64,000 bases of DNA. It comes from an uncultured Gemmatimonadales bacterium. Its GTDB lineage: Bacteria > Gemmatimonadota > Gemmatimonadetes > Gemmatimonadales > Gemmatimonadaceae. Positions within the stretch are counted from its first letter, which is position 1; the number at the start of each line of letters is the position of its first letter. This document shows positions 11,494 to 23,291 of the stretch, piece after piece. A program made the position numbers and the translations under genes. The notes below the pieces were generated by a model that was not told the DNA's origin, did not search any database, and saw only the letters and a program-made list of their open reading frames with translations. The DNA lies in contig OY969695.1 of the NCBI GenBank assembly GCA_963701965.1, positions 608,001 to 672,000 of the forward strand, in the 5' to 3' direction.

Positions 11494-14334
11494 CGCACGC
11501 TCGTCGCGTTGTGTTGCTGTGTGCCCGCGGTCCTCACCGCGCAATCCGTCGTGCGTCCCGCCCAACGATGGGAGACGGTACGAACCGAGCATTTCACGGT
11601 CCACTTCCCCGCGTCGTCGCGCGAGTGGACGCTGGAGATGGTCCGCCGGCTGGAATCCGTCCGCACCGCCGTCGATCGCGCCGTCGGCAATAGCCCGACG
11701 CGTCCGGTCACTATCGTGATCGACGACCCCTATAGCGACGCCAACGGATTCGCGCTCCCGTTTCTCGATGCGCCCATTATCGTCCTGTTCGCCGCACCGC
11801 CCAGCCCCGACGCCGACATCGGCACGTTTCGCGATTGGGGTCCGACGCTGATCACGCACGAGTATACGCACATTGCGCACCTGACGCGCCCCAGCCGCAA
11901 CGCCTGGGAGCGTATCCTGGCGCGGCTGGGTCCCGCCGACTTGAGCCCGATCGCGGCGCGCACGCCCCGCTGGGTCATCGAGGGATACGCGACGCTCGTC
12001 GAGGGCCGGCTCACCGGCAGCGGACGGCCCAACAGCGCCACCCGGGCCGCGGTCATCCGCTCGCTGGCGGTCGAGGGCCGGTTGCCGACGTATTGGGCGC
12101 TGAATGGGTCCGGCGTGTTCGAGGGCGGCTCGATGGCCTACCTCACCGGATCCGCCTTTTTGGAATGGCTCGCGGCCAAGCACGGGGACTCGACGCTGCC
12201 GCATCTCTGGCGCCGCCTCACGGCGCGCCGGCCCCGCACGTTCGACGAAGCGTTTGCCGGCGTGTACGGATCGCGCCCCGAAGATCTCTATGGCCGCTTC
12301 ACGGCCGAGGTGACGGGCAAAGCGCTGGCCGCGGTCGGTGCGCTGAACGCGACGGGCATCGACACGGGCGAGACCGTGGACCGGCTGACGTGGTATACCG
12401 GCGATCCGGCGGTCTCGCGCAACGGGCGGCTCCTGGCCGTACCCGAACGCGCGCGCGGCCGTGCCACGCGCATCGTCGTGTCGACGACCGCGCCGTCGCC
12501 GCACGCCGATTCCGCGGTCGCGCGGGCGCGCCGCGCGCTGCTGGCGCGCGACCCGGAAGATGTCCCGGCGATCGACTCCGGACCGCCGCGGCGCCGCGTG
12601 CTGGCGCAGCTGGTGTCGCGGCTCGGACGCGGCTACGACGAACCGCGGTTCATCGGATCAGACTCGACGTCCGGGGTGCTGCTCTCCCGCCTGGAGCCGC
12701 GACCCGACGGGGCGCTCCGGCGGGATCTTTTTCTGTGGTCGCTGCATACCGGCGCGGTGCGCCGCGTGACCCACGGCGCCGGCGTGCATTCCGCTGATCC
12801 GGCGCCCGATGGCCGCTCGGCCGTCGCCGTGCGCTGCCACGACGGCGTGTGCGACCTGGTCTCCGTCGGGATGACCGACGGCACGGTGCGCGTGCTGCGC
12901 CGGGGATCGATCGACACGACCTATGATCACCCGCGACTGGCGCGCGATGGACGCACGATAGTCGTGGCCGCGCACGACCGCAGCCACTGGCGCGTCGCAT
13001 TGATTGGCGACTCCACCCGTTGGCTGGGACCGGCCGACGGCGCGAATCGCTACGATCCCGTCTGGACGTCCAATGGCCAATCGGTCGTCGTGGTCTCGGA
13101 CGCGGGGGGCGTCGAGCACCTGGAGGTGATCGACGTCGCGTCGGGCACGATTCGCATGTTGGCCGCCGAGCCCGGGGTCATCGCGGCGCCGGACGCCGGA
13201 GATTCCGTCGTCTACTTCCTCACGACCCACGCGAATGGCCGTGCGTTGCAGCGCGTGCGCCTCTCGGCGGCGCGCGACATGGCGCCGCCGATCCTCAAGG
13301 ACAGTTTGTTTCCCGTCGCCCTTCCAACGCCGCTAGCGGCCGACTCGTACGCGGTCGCACCCGCTCCGCCGGTCCGCCCCTACGGTCTTGGGCCCCGGGG
13401 CTATCGCATCCTCCCCGGTGGCGCCATTGCCACCGACGGGCGGTTTGCCACCCTCGCGCTCGCGAGCGCTGATCCAGCCGGCCGCCTGGGCTGGATGCTG
13501 AACGGCGCCCTCGGCGACCCCGCTGCGTGGCGCGGCGCGGCACTCTCGGGTGTTTGGCGCGGCTGGCCCGTCGCCCTCGACGCCCAGATCTTCGGCGTGT
13601 GGGACACGCCGTCCCGGCAAAGCGCCGGAACGTTCGCGACGCCTGCGCTGGATCTCGAGTACCACGGACTCGCCGTCGGCGCGACGCTGCCGTGGGTCTC
13701 GAGCTGGCACGCGGAAAGCTACCGTCTCGGATTTTCCACGGGGCGTCTCAACGGCGACGACCGCACACTGGGATTCGCGCGGGCATCGACGAACGTGGAT
13801 CTCACCAGAGATGACATCTTCGCCGGCGTCTCCCTCGCCGCGTCCGGCGACGTCGGCCACACCGACGGCGCGGGCTGGCAACGCGCCACCGGCGCCGCGG
13901 CCGCCCATGTCGGGACGCGCGCGTTGGAGATAGCGGGGACCTTCATGGGAGGGGCGACGAGCAGCGGCGCTCCGGTGTTCGAACAGTTCGCCGTGGGCGG
14001 CATCGAGACGCCGATCACCGATCCCGCGCTGCTCGACCAACGCATCGCGTCCCCCGCCCTGCCGCTCGGCATCGCGGGCGGACGGTACCTGCTGCACTAT
14101 CGCGCCGCACTCGACGGCGTCGTCCCGGTGTCGGTGTATTTCGAGGGCACGGCGGCGGGCGACGCACTGCACACCTGGCATCGGCTGTATGGGGCCGAGT
14201 GGCGGTTCGCCGTGCCGCCACTCGGGTTCGTACGCCTGCCAGCCGTCGAGGCGACGGCTGGCGCGGGCTACTCGATCGACGAGCCCTTCAAATACAAGCT
14301 CCGCGGATATCTCGCCCTGCGATTCGCGCCCTGA
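11470..14334 (+). CDS. Large exported protein: HEXXH zincin domain, TolB-like beta-propeller and probable C-terminal beta-barrel
   Basis: Signal peptide; THEYTH...WVIEGYA; PD40-like repeats; amphipathic beta-strand C-terminus. Confidence 0.75.
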   Translation: MPLAAMSHRTLVALCCCVPAVLTAQSVVRPAQRWETVRTEHFTVHFPASSREWTLEMVRRLESVRTAVDRAVGNSPTRPVTIVIDDPYSDANGFALPFLDAPIIVLFAAPPSPDADIGTFRDWGPTLITHEYTHIAHLTRPSRNAWERILARLGPADLSPIAARTPRWVIEGYATLVEGRLTGSGRPNSATRAAVIRSLAVEGRLPTYWALNGSGVFEGGSMAYLTGSAFLEWLAAKHGDSTLPHLWRRLTARRPRTFDEAFAGVYGSRPEDLYGRFTAEVTGKALAAVGALNATGIDTGETVDRLTWYTGDPAVSRNGRLLAVPERARGRATRIVVSTTAPSPHADSAVARARRALLARDPEDVPAIDSGPPRRRVLAQLVSRLGRGYDEPRFIGSDSTSGVLLSRLEPRPDGALRRDLFLWSLHTGAVRRVTHGAGVHSADPAPDGRSAVAVRCHDGVCDLVSVGMTDGTVRVLRRGSIDTTYDHPRLARDGRTIVVAAHDRSHWRVALIGDSTRWLGPADGANRYDPVWTSNGQSVVVVSDAGGVEHLEVIDVASGTIRMLAAEPGVIAAPDAGDSVVYFLTTHANGRALQRVRLSAARDMAPPILKDSLFPVALPTPLAADSYAVAPAPPVRPYGLGPRGYRILPGGAIATDGRFATLALASADPAGRLGWMLNGALGDPAAWRGAALSGVWRGWPVALDAQIFGVWDTPSRQSAGTFATPALDLEYHGLAVGATLPWVSSWHAESYRLGFSTGRLNGDDRTLGFARASTNVDLTRDDIFAGVSLAASGDVGHTDGAGWQRATGAAAAHVGTRALEIAGTFMGGATSSGAPVFEQFAVGGIETPITDPALLDQRIASPALPLGIAGGRYLLHYRAALDGVVPVSVYFEGTAAGDALHTWHRLYGAEWRFAVPPLGFVRLPAVEATAGAGYSIDEPFKYKLRGYLALRFAP

Positions 14335-14338
14335 TGGT

Positions 14339-15685
14339 TTAGCGCGCGAGCGCGACCTTCGCCTTGCCCGCGGGCTTGGCCGCCCGCGACGGGGTGTCGT
14401 GAAACTGTTCCTGTTCGGTCGATCCCGCGAGCGCGCCGGTCGACGCCGTGCCGCCAGTGACCGTGTGCAGAATGAGATCGAAGTAGCCGGTCCCCGCCTC
14501 GCGCTGGTGCTTGGTCGCGGTATATCCGTCCCGCTCGCGCTCGAACTCGCGCTCCTGCACGCGCACGTACGCGCTCATGCCTTCGTCGCGATAGGCCGAG
14601 GCCAGCTCGAACGTCTCGAGATTGATGAGGTGCCAGCCGGCCAGCGTGATGAACTGGAACTTGTACCCCATGTCGGCGAGCGACCGCTGGAATGAGGCGA
14701 TCGTGTTGGCGTCCAAGTGCCGCTGCCAGTTGAACGACGGCGAGCAATTGTAGGCCAGGAGCTTGCCGGGGAACTTGGCGTGCACGCCCTCCGCGAAATG
14801 GCGCGCCTCTTCGAGGTCGGGAGTCGACGTCTCACACCACAGCATGTCGACGTACGGCGCGTAGGCGACGGCCCGGGCGATGGCGCTCTCGATGGACCCG
14901 CGTACGTTGTAGTACCCCTCTGCGGTGCGCTCGCCGGTCATGAATGGCGTGTCGCGCGAATCGATGTCGCTGGTCAGGAGCGTGGCCGACAACGCATCGG
15001 TCCGGGCAATCAGCACGGTGGGGATGCCCAGCACGTCGGCGGCGAGCCGGGCCGCGCTCAGCGTGCGGATGAATTGCGAGACGGGGACGAGCACTTTGCC
15101 ACCCATGTGACCGCACTTCTTCTCCGAGGCCAGCTGATCCTCGAAGTGCACGCCCGCGGCCCCGGCCTCGATCATGGACTTCGTGAGCTCGAACGCGTGA
15201 ATCGGTCCCCCGAAACCGGCCTCCGCATCGGCGACGATCGGCACCAGCCAATCCCGCTCCTGGCGCTCGTTCTCCGTCCACTCGATCTGATCAGCGCGCG
15301 ACAGCGCGTTGTTCAAACGGCGCACGAGCGTGGGCACGCTGTTCGACGGATAGAGCGACTGGTCGGGATACGTCTGCGCGGCGAGGTTGGCGTCGGCCGC
15401 CACCTGCCAGCCGCTGAGATAGATCGCCTGGAGCCCGGCCTTCACCATCTGCACCGCCTGCGTGCCGGTGAGCGCGCCAAACGTGTGCACATAGTCGCCC
15501 GACGTCAGCATCGCCCACAGCTTCTCCGCGCCGTGCCGGGCCAACGTCTGTTCGACCAACAGCGATCCGCGCAGCCGCACGACGTCCTCGGCCGTGTAAT
15601 CGCGACGGATCCCCTGCCACCGGGGATCCGTATCCCACTGACGTTGAAGCGCAGCAACCTGCACATCGAATGCGATGCGGCTCAT
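14339..15685 (-). CDS. aceA: Isocitrate lyase
   Basis: KKCGHMGGK signature, [24 protein letters not shown]. Confidence 0.98.
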   Translation of the reverse strand: MSRIAFDVQVAALQRQWDTDPRWQGIRRDYTAEDVVRLRGSLLVEQTLARHGAEKLWAMLTSGDYVHTFGALTGTQAVQMVKAGLQAIYLSGWQVAADANLAAQTYPDQSLYPSNSVPTLVRRLNNALSRADQIEWTENERQERDWLVPIVADAEAGFGGPIHAFELTKSMIEAGAAGVHFEDQLASEKKCGHMGGKVLVPVSQFIRTLSAARLAADVLGIPTVLIARTDALSATLLTSDIDSRDTPFMTGERTAEGYYNVRGSIESAIARAVAYAPYVDMLWCETSTPDLEEARHFAEGVHAKFPGKLLAYNCSPSFNWQRHLDANTIASFQRSLADMGYKFQFITLAGWHLINLETFELASAYRDEGMSAYVRVQEREFERERDGYTATKHQREAGTGYFDLILHTVTGGTASTGALAGSTEQEQFHDTPSRAAKPAGKAKVALAR

Positions 15686-15854
15686 CCACTACTCCTGATG
15701 TGATTTATTTTTTTTGCGAGAGCAACTTGAGCAGTGCAATGGTCGTGCCTCGCTCGTACCCTGCACCGGACGGGCAAATTAACCGCTCAAGCCCGCGCGC
15801 TGTAGCGCGCGTACGACGTGGTGTCGCGTCTCGTAATAGAGTTCGTGACTTGGA

Positions 15855-16226
15855 TCACTTATCGCAAACGGGAACCGCTTCCTGCCCCGTGAGCCCCAGC
15901 GATTGCGTGCGCGGCGCCGGCACATTGCCGACGAAGATCACGCAGCTCTTACCGGGCGCCGCCGCTGTCGCGGCCGAGGCGGACCATCCCGTCGCCGTCG
16001 CCTGTCCGACGGAAACGGTTACACCCGGCGAGGGCTTGAATCCGGGTATCGCGCCGAGATCGCTGGCGTAGCGTTTGTTCTTCGCGTGGTAGACCTCGTT
16101 CTGACTCACGAGCCGCCGCAAATCCGCCTTGGCCGCGGCCAAAGGGTCCTGGGCCGCGGCGCGTTTCGCGAACCCGGTCATCGCCAACGCGCAACCACAC
16201 CACAACAGTCGACGAGCTGTTCGCAT
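15855..16226 (-). CDS. Small secreted protein with pilin-like globular domain
   Basis: Signal peptide AAA-Q; KADLRRL...E.Y....RY, GWSA, paired C-terminal Cys. Confidence 0.6.
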   Translation of the reverse strand: MRTARRLLWCGCALAMTGFAKRAAAQDPLAAAKADLRRLVSQNEVYHAKNKRYASDLGAIPGFKPSPGVTVSVGQATATGWSASAATAAAPGKSCVIFVGNVPAPRTQSLGLTGQEAVPVCDK

Positions 16227-16290
16227 TCGCGCCTCCTGAGCACGATACTTGTGTCCTCTGACGGAGTATAATGGCAATGCCGACCACAGC

Positions 16291-18211
16291 ATGACCCCTC
16301 AGTATTCCACGGCAGAAGTTCCCGCCTTCGGTTCACCGTCTCCCAACGGCACCGGCGCGGCGTCCGACCCGACGTGGCGCGATCGCATGGCCGCGCTCCG
16401 CTACGTCCCCCAGCTGATCAAGTTGATCTGGGACACGGGGCCGTTGCTCTCCGTGCTCATGGTGCTCCTGCGGGCCGCCCGGTCGCTCACGCCGATCCTC
16501 GAGCTAGCCATCGGCCGCATGATCGTCGACACGGTCATCGCCTCGCGCCTCCACGGCGCCGACTGGCCCCGCCTGGTGCACCTCTTTCTGTTCGGCATCC
16601 TGGTCGCGGTCACCAGCGACCTGCTGGCGCGCGGGTCGATCCTGATCGAAAGCCTCATGGGGGACCTGTTCGCCAACAAGACGAGCGTGCGCATCATGGA
16701 GCACGCGTCGATCCTCGACCTGGCGCAGTTCGAGAACCCGGAGTTCTACGACCTCCTGGAGCGCGCCCGCCGCGAATCGCAGGGCCGCATCAGCCTGTTC
16801 TCCCAGGTCCTGGCCATGTCGCAGGATTTGATCACGCTCATCAGCCTGAGCGCGGCCATGATCGTCTTCAACCCCTGGCTCCTCCTGCTCCTGGCCGGCG
16901 CCGTCCTGCCCAGCTTCATCGGCGAGACCCATTTCGCTGGACTGGGATATTCCCTGCTCTTCAAGTGGACACCGCAACGCCGGCTCCTCGAGTACCTCCG
17001 CTTCGTGGGCGCCAGCGACCGCACGGCCAAAGAAGTACAGATGTTCGGCCTCGCGCCCTGGCTCACCGAGCGGTACCGGGTCCTGGCGCACCAGTTCTAC
17101 GAAGAGAACCGGTCCCTCTCCCAGCGCCGGGCCATGGTCAGCGCCAGCCTGTCTCTGCTGGGGACGTTCGGCTACTACGCCGCCTATGGGCTCATTCTCT
17201 ACGACACGGTCCGCGGCGCGGTGACGATCGGCACCATGACATTTCTGGCGGCGTCGTTCTCCCAGAGCCGCGATATCATCCAGCGGCTCATGCTGTCCGC
17301 GACCGAGGTCTACCAACAGATGCTCTATCTGAAGGACCTCTTTCGCTTCTTCGAGATCAAGCCGACCATCACGAACCCGGCCGAACCCAAACCGGTCCCG
17401 CGTCCGATGCGGACGGGGTTCGTGTTCGAGGATGTCGGGTTCCAGTATCCGGGGAGCGAGCGGTGGGCGGTCCGGCACATCAACCTGGTGCTCAGTCCGG
17501 GAGAGCGCATTGCGCTCGTCGGGGAGAACGGCGCCGGCAAGACAACGCTCACCAAGCTCTTCGCCCGCCTCTACGATCCGACCGAAGGCCGCGTGCTGCT
17601 CGACGGTGTGGATCTCCGGGAATACGATCTCGTCCAGCTGCGCCATGCCATCGGCGTCATCTTTCAGGATTTCGTGCGGTACGACATGCGTTTCGACGAG
17701 AACATCGGCGTCGGGAAGATCGACGAGAGCGCGTCGTACTTGAAGGAGGTCACGGACGCCACCAATGGCGCCACCCCAGCGGTTCCCGAGCCGATCGTCT
17801 CGGCCGCCCGGGACTCGCTCGCCGATACGCTCCTCCCCCGCCTGCCCCATGGGTACGCCCGAGATGCTGGGTCGCCGGTTCGAGGAGGGCGTGGATCTCT
17901 CCGGCGGAGAGTGGCAGAAGATCGCGCTGGCCCGCGCCTATCTCCGGGACGCGCAACTCCTCATTCTCGACGAGCCCACGGCCGCGCTCAATGCCCGCGC
18001 CGAGTTCGAGGTCTTCGAGCGCTTCTCCGAGCTGACGCGCGGGCGCGCCGCCGTGCTGATCTCGCATCGCTTCTCGACGGTCCGCATGGCCGACCGGATT
18101 CTGGTGCTCAAGCAGGCACACCTGATCGAGCAAGGCACCCACGAGGAGCTCTTGCAGCAGGGCGGCCTCTACGCCGAGCTGTTCGCGATGCAGGCCGCCG
18201 GCTATAGGTGA
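16291..18211 (+). CDS. ABC exporter (TMD+NBD), frameshift at ~17860
   Basis: GENGAGKT in the first frame; LSGGEWQK and LDEPT in the second frame. Confidence 0.9.
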
Positions 18212-20167
18212 TACACGGCCGCGTACAGATCGCGGCCCCGGATGATCGCCCGCACGTAGTCGCGCGTCTCGGCGAACGGAATGCGCTCCACGAACACCTC
18301 GGGATCGTCGGTGCCACGACGCGTGCTCCAGAGCGCGACGCGCGACGGGCCGGCGTTATAGGCGGCGAGTCCTCGCGCCAGCACGCCATGCTGTTCGGAC
18401 AGAAAGCCCGCCAGGTGTGCCACGCCGAGCACCAGGTTCGTGTCGGGCTGGTCGAGCATCGCCGGGTCCCAGCCGGTGACGTTGCGGCGGCGCGCGATCT
18501 CGCGGCCCACCGCCGGCATCACTTGCATGAGACCGCGCGCGCCCACCGGAGACACGGCGTTGGCGGTGAAGTTCGATTCCTGCCGGATGACGGCGGCGAC
18601 CAAGGCTGGATCCAGCGACGCGGCGCGAGACTCGGTCGTGAGACGGTCGGCATACAGCAACGGGTACAACAGGCGGTAGACGCGCGCGTCGGCGCGGGCG
18701 CTGTCGCCGCGGGCGAGGGCGCGCCAGCCGAGCGCGATGCCGCGGGACGGATCGCCGGCGCGGGCCAAAGCGGCGCCGAGGCCGAGCAGTTCGGCCAACG
18801 TGCCGGTGGTGGGGCGCGCCACGCGATCGGCCTCGAAGCGCGCCTCGACGTCCATCCCCAGGCTGGTCAGCAGCATCGCGCGACCCAGAGCGCTGTCGAT
18901 CGCGGCGCCCACGGGCGGCGGCACGGTGTCGGCGCCCATGCGCGGCGTCACCGGCGCGCCATCGAGCCGCTGTCCGCTGAGTCCCGCATAGTACGAGAGC
19001 GGTTCGCCGGCGATGATCGCGCGCCAGCGCGTCCGCGCCGCGGTCGTGTCGCCGGCCGCCATCCACGCGCGCGCGCTCCAGTACTTGGCCGCCACCGCCT
19101 CATCCGACCGTCCGTCGCCGGTGAACGCATCCCACTCCCGCGCGGCGACGCGGAGGCGGCCGGCGACGAACGCGATCATGGCCGCGCGGAACCGCGCGCG
19201 GGCGGCGTGGAGAGACGCAGGGAAATGGCGCGTGACCGTGAGGTACGCGTCACGGGCCGCGTCATCGTGTCCCTCGTCCGTGGCCAGGTCGGCGAGCAGC
19301 ATGAGCGCGCTCGCCGACGCCGTGTCGCGTGGGGCCGTGCGCAGTAACGCGCGGAGCACTTTTCGCGCGCCGGTCTTGTCCCCGCTGGCGACGAGCACGC
19401 GTCCGCGCTGATAGGCCGCGGCGTGGGCAAGGGCCGGGATAGTGGTGATGCGCGCGAACTGGCGCGCGGCGTCCGCCTCGCGGCGGACGCGGGCCAGAGC
19501 CATCGCGTAGGCGAAGCGTTCGTCGGGCGTCAAACGGCCTGCCGAGTCGAGGCGCGCGAAGCCCTGGGCGGCACGGGTAGCGGGGCCTGATATCGCGGCG
19601 CTCCTAGCGGCGGCGCGCTCCGCGTCGAGCGGCAGCGGCGCGCACACCCGATCGCCGATATCAATGGCGGCACGGGCATCGGGTCCGCCACTGTGCGCGA
19701 CGACGAATTGTTCCACGTCGGCGCACAACGCCCGTCGCGCCGTACTGTCGGTGCCGAGGGACGCGGCTCGCGCCTGCAACGCATCGGCGTGGGCCCCGAG
19801 CGAATCGTACGCGCGGGCTGCGCCCGCGGCGTCGCCCGTGCGTTCGCGCGCCAGCGCCTCGGTCCACGGAATGCGGGCGCGAGCGACTGTAGTGCGAACC
19901 GCGGAGTAGTCTCGGGAGCGTACCGCCGAATCCGGCGTCACGCCGGCGGCCCGCAGCCAGAGCCAGTCCGAGAATGGTCGGGAGCAGCGCGGCGGCGGCC
20001 TCGTAGCCCGCGCGGGCGCTGTCCAGCGCATTGGCGCGGTCGAAGGCGCGGGAAGCGAATACCAGCGATGCAGCGGGGGTCCGCACCGGTTCAGGCACGG
20101 ACTGGGCGGCAATACAAAAGACCGGCGCGACAGTGGCTAGCGCGATCGCTCGCGCCAGGTGGGACAA
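18202..20167 (-). CDS. Soluble lytic transglycosylase with TPR repeats, frameshift at ~19975
   Basis: IRQES, GLMQ, AYNAG, ETRDYV. Signal peptide lies in another frame just after the infA stop. Confidence 0.88.
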
Positions 20168-20169
20168 GA

Positions 20170-20391
20170 TCAGGCTTTGTGTCGGTACGTGATGCGGCCG
20201 CGGGTCAGGTCGTAAGGAGAGACTTCGATCTTGACGCGATCGCCCGCCAACACGCGGATGCGGAAACGGCGCATGTTGCCGCCAAGTGTGGTCAGGACGT
20301 CGTGACCATTGTCCATCACGACTCGGAACGTCGCGTTCGGCAAGACTTCGGCCACGGTGCCTTCGAGCTCGATCGCTTCCTGTTTCGCCAT
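20170..20391 (-). CDS. infA: Translation initiation factor IF-1
   Basis: [11 protein letters not shown]...LPNATFRV...[21 protein letters not shown]. Confidence 0.98.
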   Translation of the reverse strand: MAKQEAIELEGTVAEVLPNATFRVVMDNGHDVLTTLGGNMRRFRIRVLAGDRVKIEVSPYDLTRGRITYRHKA

Positions 20392-20514
20392 AGAGTAGGG
20401 GTGTGTGGTATATGGTGCTGATGTGGGCAGTCAGATAGATCTGAAGGCTAACCGAACCAGGTCCAAGCCGCAACGTAACCCCTTGTCAGATCACGCTAAT
20501 CGATATATTACGTC

Positions 20515-20601
20515 ATGCCCACCTCTATGCGAACCCACACACGAGGAGGTGATCCTTTGTCTACTGACCATCTGGCGGATCGGATCGCCGGACACTGCTA
20601 G
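20515..20601 (+). other. Putative 28-aa leaderless small ORF or small RNA containing AGGAGGTGATCC
   Basis: TATATT (20504-20509) lies 5 nt before ATG; MPTSMRTHTRGGDPLSTDHLADRIAGHC; downstream 13-bp hairpin. Confidence 0.5.
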
Positions 20602-20631
20602 GCGGCCCGAACCGTCTGGTCTGAAATCGCT

Positions 20632-20660
20632 GAGCCTGGGCGCGATCCGCGCCCAGGCTC
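20632..20660. terminator. Perfect 13-bp stem hairpin between convergent units
   Basis: GAGCCTGGGCGCG-ATC-CGCGCCCAGGCTC; no U-tract. Confidence 0.6.
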
Positions 20661-20673
20661 GGTGCCATCTGGG

Positions 20674-21588
20674 CTACGCCGCGCGGCGGCTTTCAGCCGG
20701 GACGACGGGGAGGGTTCGGACGGCACCACCACGGACAAGGGCCACGCGGGCCGGAACGCCGATCCGCTCTTCCGTGAGCACCCGATGCAGGTCGTCGACC
20801 GTGCCGATCGCCTGGTCGTTGAACCGCACGATCACGTCGCCGTCGGCCAACCCGGCCTGAGCGGCCGGGCTGTCGGCCTCGACCGCGGTCACCAGGACGC
20901 CCGTCTCACCCTTCCGCGGGAGCGCGATCGTTTGGCCGCTCAACCCGAGATAGCTGCGCCGCACGCGGCCGTCTCTGAGGAGCGCGCCGATCACGAACTT
21001 CGCCGTGTTGATGGGAATCGCGAAGCAGATCCCCTGCGCGGGAAGAATGACGGCGTTGTTGACGCCGACCACGCGGCCGCGCGAGTCGAGCAGCGGACCG
21101 CCCGAGTTGCCAGGGTTGAGCGCGGCATCGGTCTGCACGACGTTGTCGATCAGCCGGCCCGACGCCGAACGGAGGGACCGGCCAAGCGCGCTGACGACAC
21201 CAGCCGTGACCGTGTATTGGAACCCATAGGGGTTGCCAATGGCGATGACGACCTGCCCGGGGCGCAACGAGGACGAGTCGCCCAACTCCACGGTCGGATA
21301 CGGACCGTGGGCACCATCCAACCGCATGAGCGCCAAATCGGTCTCGGGATCGTCGCCGACCACGAGCGCCTCGTGGGAACGGCCGTCCTGCAGCGAGACC
21401 ATCGTCCGCTCGGCGCCCTGCACGACATGGCTGTTGGTGACCACGAGGCCATCGGGCGCCACGACGAATCCGGAGCCCGAGCCGCCGCCCCGCCGCCGGC
21501 GACGGCTGTCGACCTTCACCACGGCCGGACTGGCGCGCTCGGCGGCGCCGGCGACCGCCTCCGAGTACGCATCGAGAAGTGTGTCCAT
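20674..21588 (-). CDS. HtrA/DegP-like serine protease with one PDZ domain
   Basis: GSGSGF, TNSHVV, DLAL, TDAALNPGNSGGPL; no signal peptide. Confidence 0.92.
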   Translation of the reverse strand: MDTLLDAYSEAVAGAAERASPAVVKVDSRRRRRGGGSGSGFVVAPDGLVVTNSHVVQGAERTMVSLQDGRSHEALVVGDDPETDLALMRLDGAHGPYPTVELGDSSSLRPGQVVIAIGNPYGFQYTVTAGVVSALGRSLRSASGRLIDNVVQTDAALNPGNSGGPLLDSRGRVVGVNNAVILPAQGICFAIPINTAKFVIGALLRDGRVRRSYLGLSGQTIALPRKGETGVLVTAVEADSPAAQAGLADGDVIVRFNDQAIGTVDDLHRVLTEERIGVPARVALVRGGAVRTLPVVPAESRRAA

Positions 21589-21703
21589 CTTGGGATCGTA
21601 TCCGGCGGCGCCGGACCACGACAATCGGGCGTTCGGCCGATCCGGGCCGTTAACGTTCGCGTCGCTCGACCGTCATCTCAGCACCAACTTTTCGAGAGAA
21701 TTC

Positions 21704-22042
21704 ATGACGCTCGCCAAGTCACTGTTCGTCATCGCCGTGTGCACGGGTGCCGTCGCCTGCGCGACGCACCGGCCGCCCCCACCCCCGCCTCCGGGCGCCG
21801 AGCGCGTCGTCTACGTGAGCGCCGCGCCGCCGGCCGAGATCGTGGAGGCCGTCCCCGCGCAGCCCTCACCCGATCATGTCTGGATCCGAGGGCACTATCG
21901 CTGGGACGCCAACCACGCCGCCTACATCTGGCTCCCCGGCCACTGGCAAGTGCACCCGGCCGGCTACGTGCGTTGGGTGCCCGGCCACTGGCAACAGGCC
22001 GATGGCCGGTGGTATTGGGTCGAGGGGCACTGGCGCGCCTGA
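21704..22042 (+). CDS. YXWGXW/WXXGXW-repeat lipoprotein
   Basis: AVAC lipobox, Pro-rich linker, WIRGHY/WLPGHW/WVPGHW/WVEGHW repeats. Confidence 0.85.
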   Translation: MTLAKSLFVIAVCTGAVACATHRPPPPPPPGAERVVYVSAAPPAEIVEAVPAQPSPDHVWIRGHYRWDANHAAYIWLPGHWQVHPAGYVRWVPGHWQQADGRWYWVEGHWRA

Positions 22043-23281
22043 CTACATATTTTCGACCATCGCTTTCGCGAACTCGCTGGTCTTGAGCAAGGTCGACCCC
22101 GGCATCAGGCGCTCGAAGTCGTACGTCACGCGACGCTGCGCGATCGTCTTTTCGAGCGCCGCGATGATCTTGTCGGCGGCTTCGTCCCAACCCATGTAGC
22201 GGAGCATCATCTCGCCGGATAAGATCACCGAGCCGGGATTCACCATGTCCTTGCCCGCGTATTTGGGCGCCGTGCCGTGCGTGGCCTCGAACACCGCGTG
22301 GCCCGTCAGGTAGTTGATATTGGCCCCCGGTGCGATACCAATGCCGCCGACCTGGGCCGCCAGCGCATCGGAGATGTAGTCGCCATTCAAGTTCATGGTG
22401 GCGATGACATCGTATTCCGCCGGCCGGGTCAGGATCTGCTGCAGAAACGCGTCGGCGATGACGTCCTTGATGATCGTGCCGCCGGGCAGTTGAAGCCACG
22501 GGCCACCCTGATACTCGGTGGCGCCGTACACCTCGCGCGCCAGCTGGTATCCCCAGTCCCGGAACGCGCCTTCGGTGTACTTCATGATGTTGCCCTTGTG
22601 CACCAGCGTGACACTCTTCCGCCAATGCGTGACCGCATAATCAATGGCGGAACGCACCAGCCGCTTGCTGCCCTCCTCGGAGATCGGCTTGACCCCGATG
22701 CCACTGGTCTCGGGGAAGCGGATCGACGCGCCCAATTGATCTTGCACGAACGCGATCAGTCGCCGCGCTTCCTCGCTCTGGGCCTTGTACTCAATGCCGG
22801 CGTAAATGTCCTCCGTGTTCTCGCGGAAGATTATCATGTCCACGAGCTCCGGATGCTTGGTCGGCGACGGCACGCCGGTGAAGTACCGCACGGGACGGAC
22901 GCAGGCGTACAGATCGAGTTGCTGGCGGAGCGCGACGTTCAGCGAACGGAATCCTCCGCCCACCGGCGTCGTCAGTGGTCCCTTGATCGCCACGAGATAG
23001 TGGCGGATCGCCGTCAGCGTGTCCTCCGGCAACCAGCTATCGAGGCGGTCCTTGGCTTTTTCGCCGGCCAGCACTTCCATCCACGCGATGCGCCGCGATG
23101 AGCCATAGGCCGCGGTGACGGCCCCATCGAAGGCGATGCGGCTGGCGCGCCAGATATCGGGGCCCGTGCCATCGCCTTCGATGAACGGGATGATCGGCGT
23201 GTTCGGCACGTGCAGACGTCCGCCGACCAGCGTGATGGCCTCGCCGGTCGCGGGAGCGGTAAGATTCTCGTATGCTGGCAT
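22043..23281 (-). CDS. icd: NADP-dependent isocitrate dehydrogenase (E. coli type)
   Basis: [27 protein letters not shown] (contains the AceK-target Ser), [21 protein letters not shown]. Confidence 0.97.
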   Translation of the reverse strand: MPAYENLTAPATGEAITLVGGRLHVPNTPIIPFIEGDGTGPDIWRASRIAFDGAVTAAYGSSRRIAWMEVLAGEKAKDRLDSWLPEDTLTAIRHYLVAIKGPLTTPVGGGFRSLNVALRQQLDLYACVRPVRYFTGVPSPTKHPELVDMIIFRENTEDIYAGIEYKAQSEEARRLIAFVQDQLGASIRFPETSGIGVKPISEEGSKRLVRSAIDYAVTHWRKSVTLVHKGNIMKYTEGAFRDWGYQLAREVYGATEYQGGPWLQLPGGTIIKDVIADAFLQQILTRPAEYDVIATMNLNGDYISDALAAQVGGIGIAPGANINYLTGHAVFEATHGTAPKYAGKDMVNPGSVILSGEMMLRYMGWDEAADKIIAALEKTIAQRRVTYDFERLMPGSTLLKTSEFAKAMVENM

Positions 23282-23291
23282 ACCCTCAAAC

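Noticed and set aside
20544..20555. 16S rRNA gene fragment on the minus strand
   Set aside because: The match is limited to 12 nt and the flanks do not resemble 16S rRNA or ITS.
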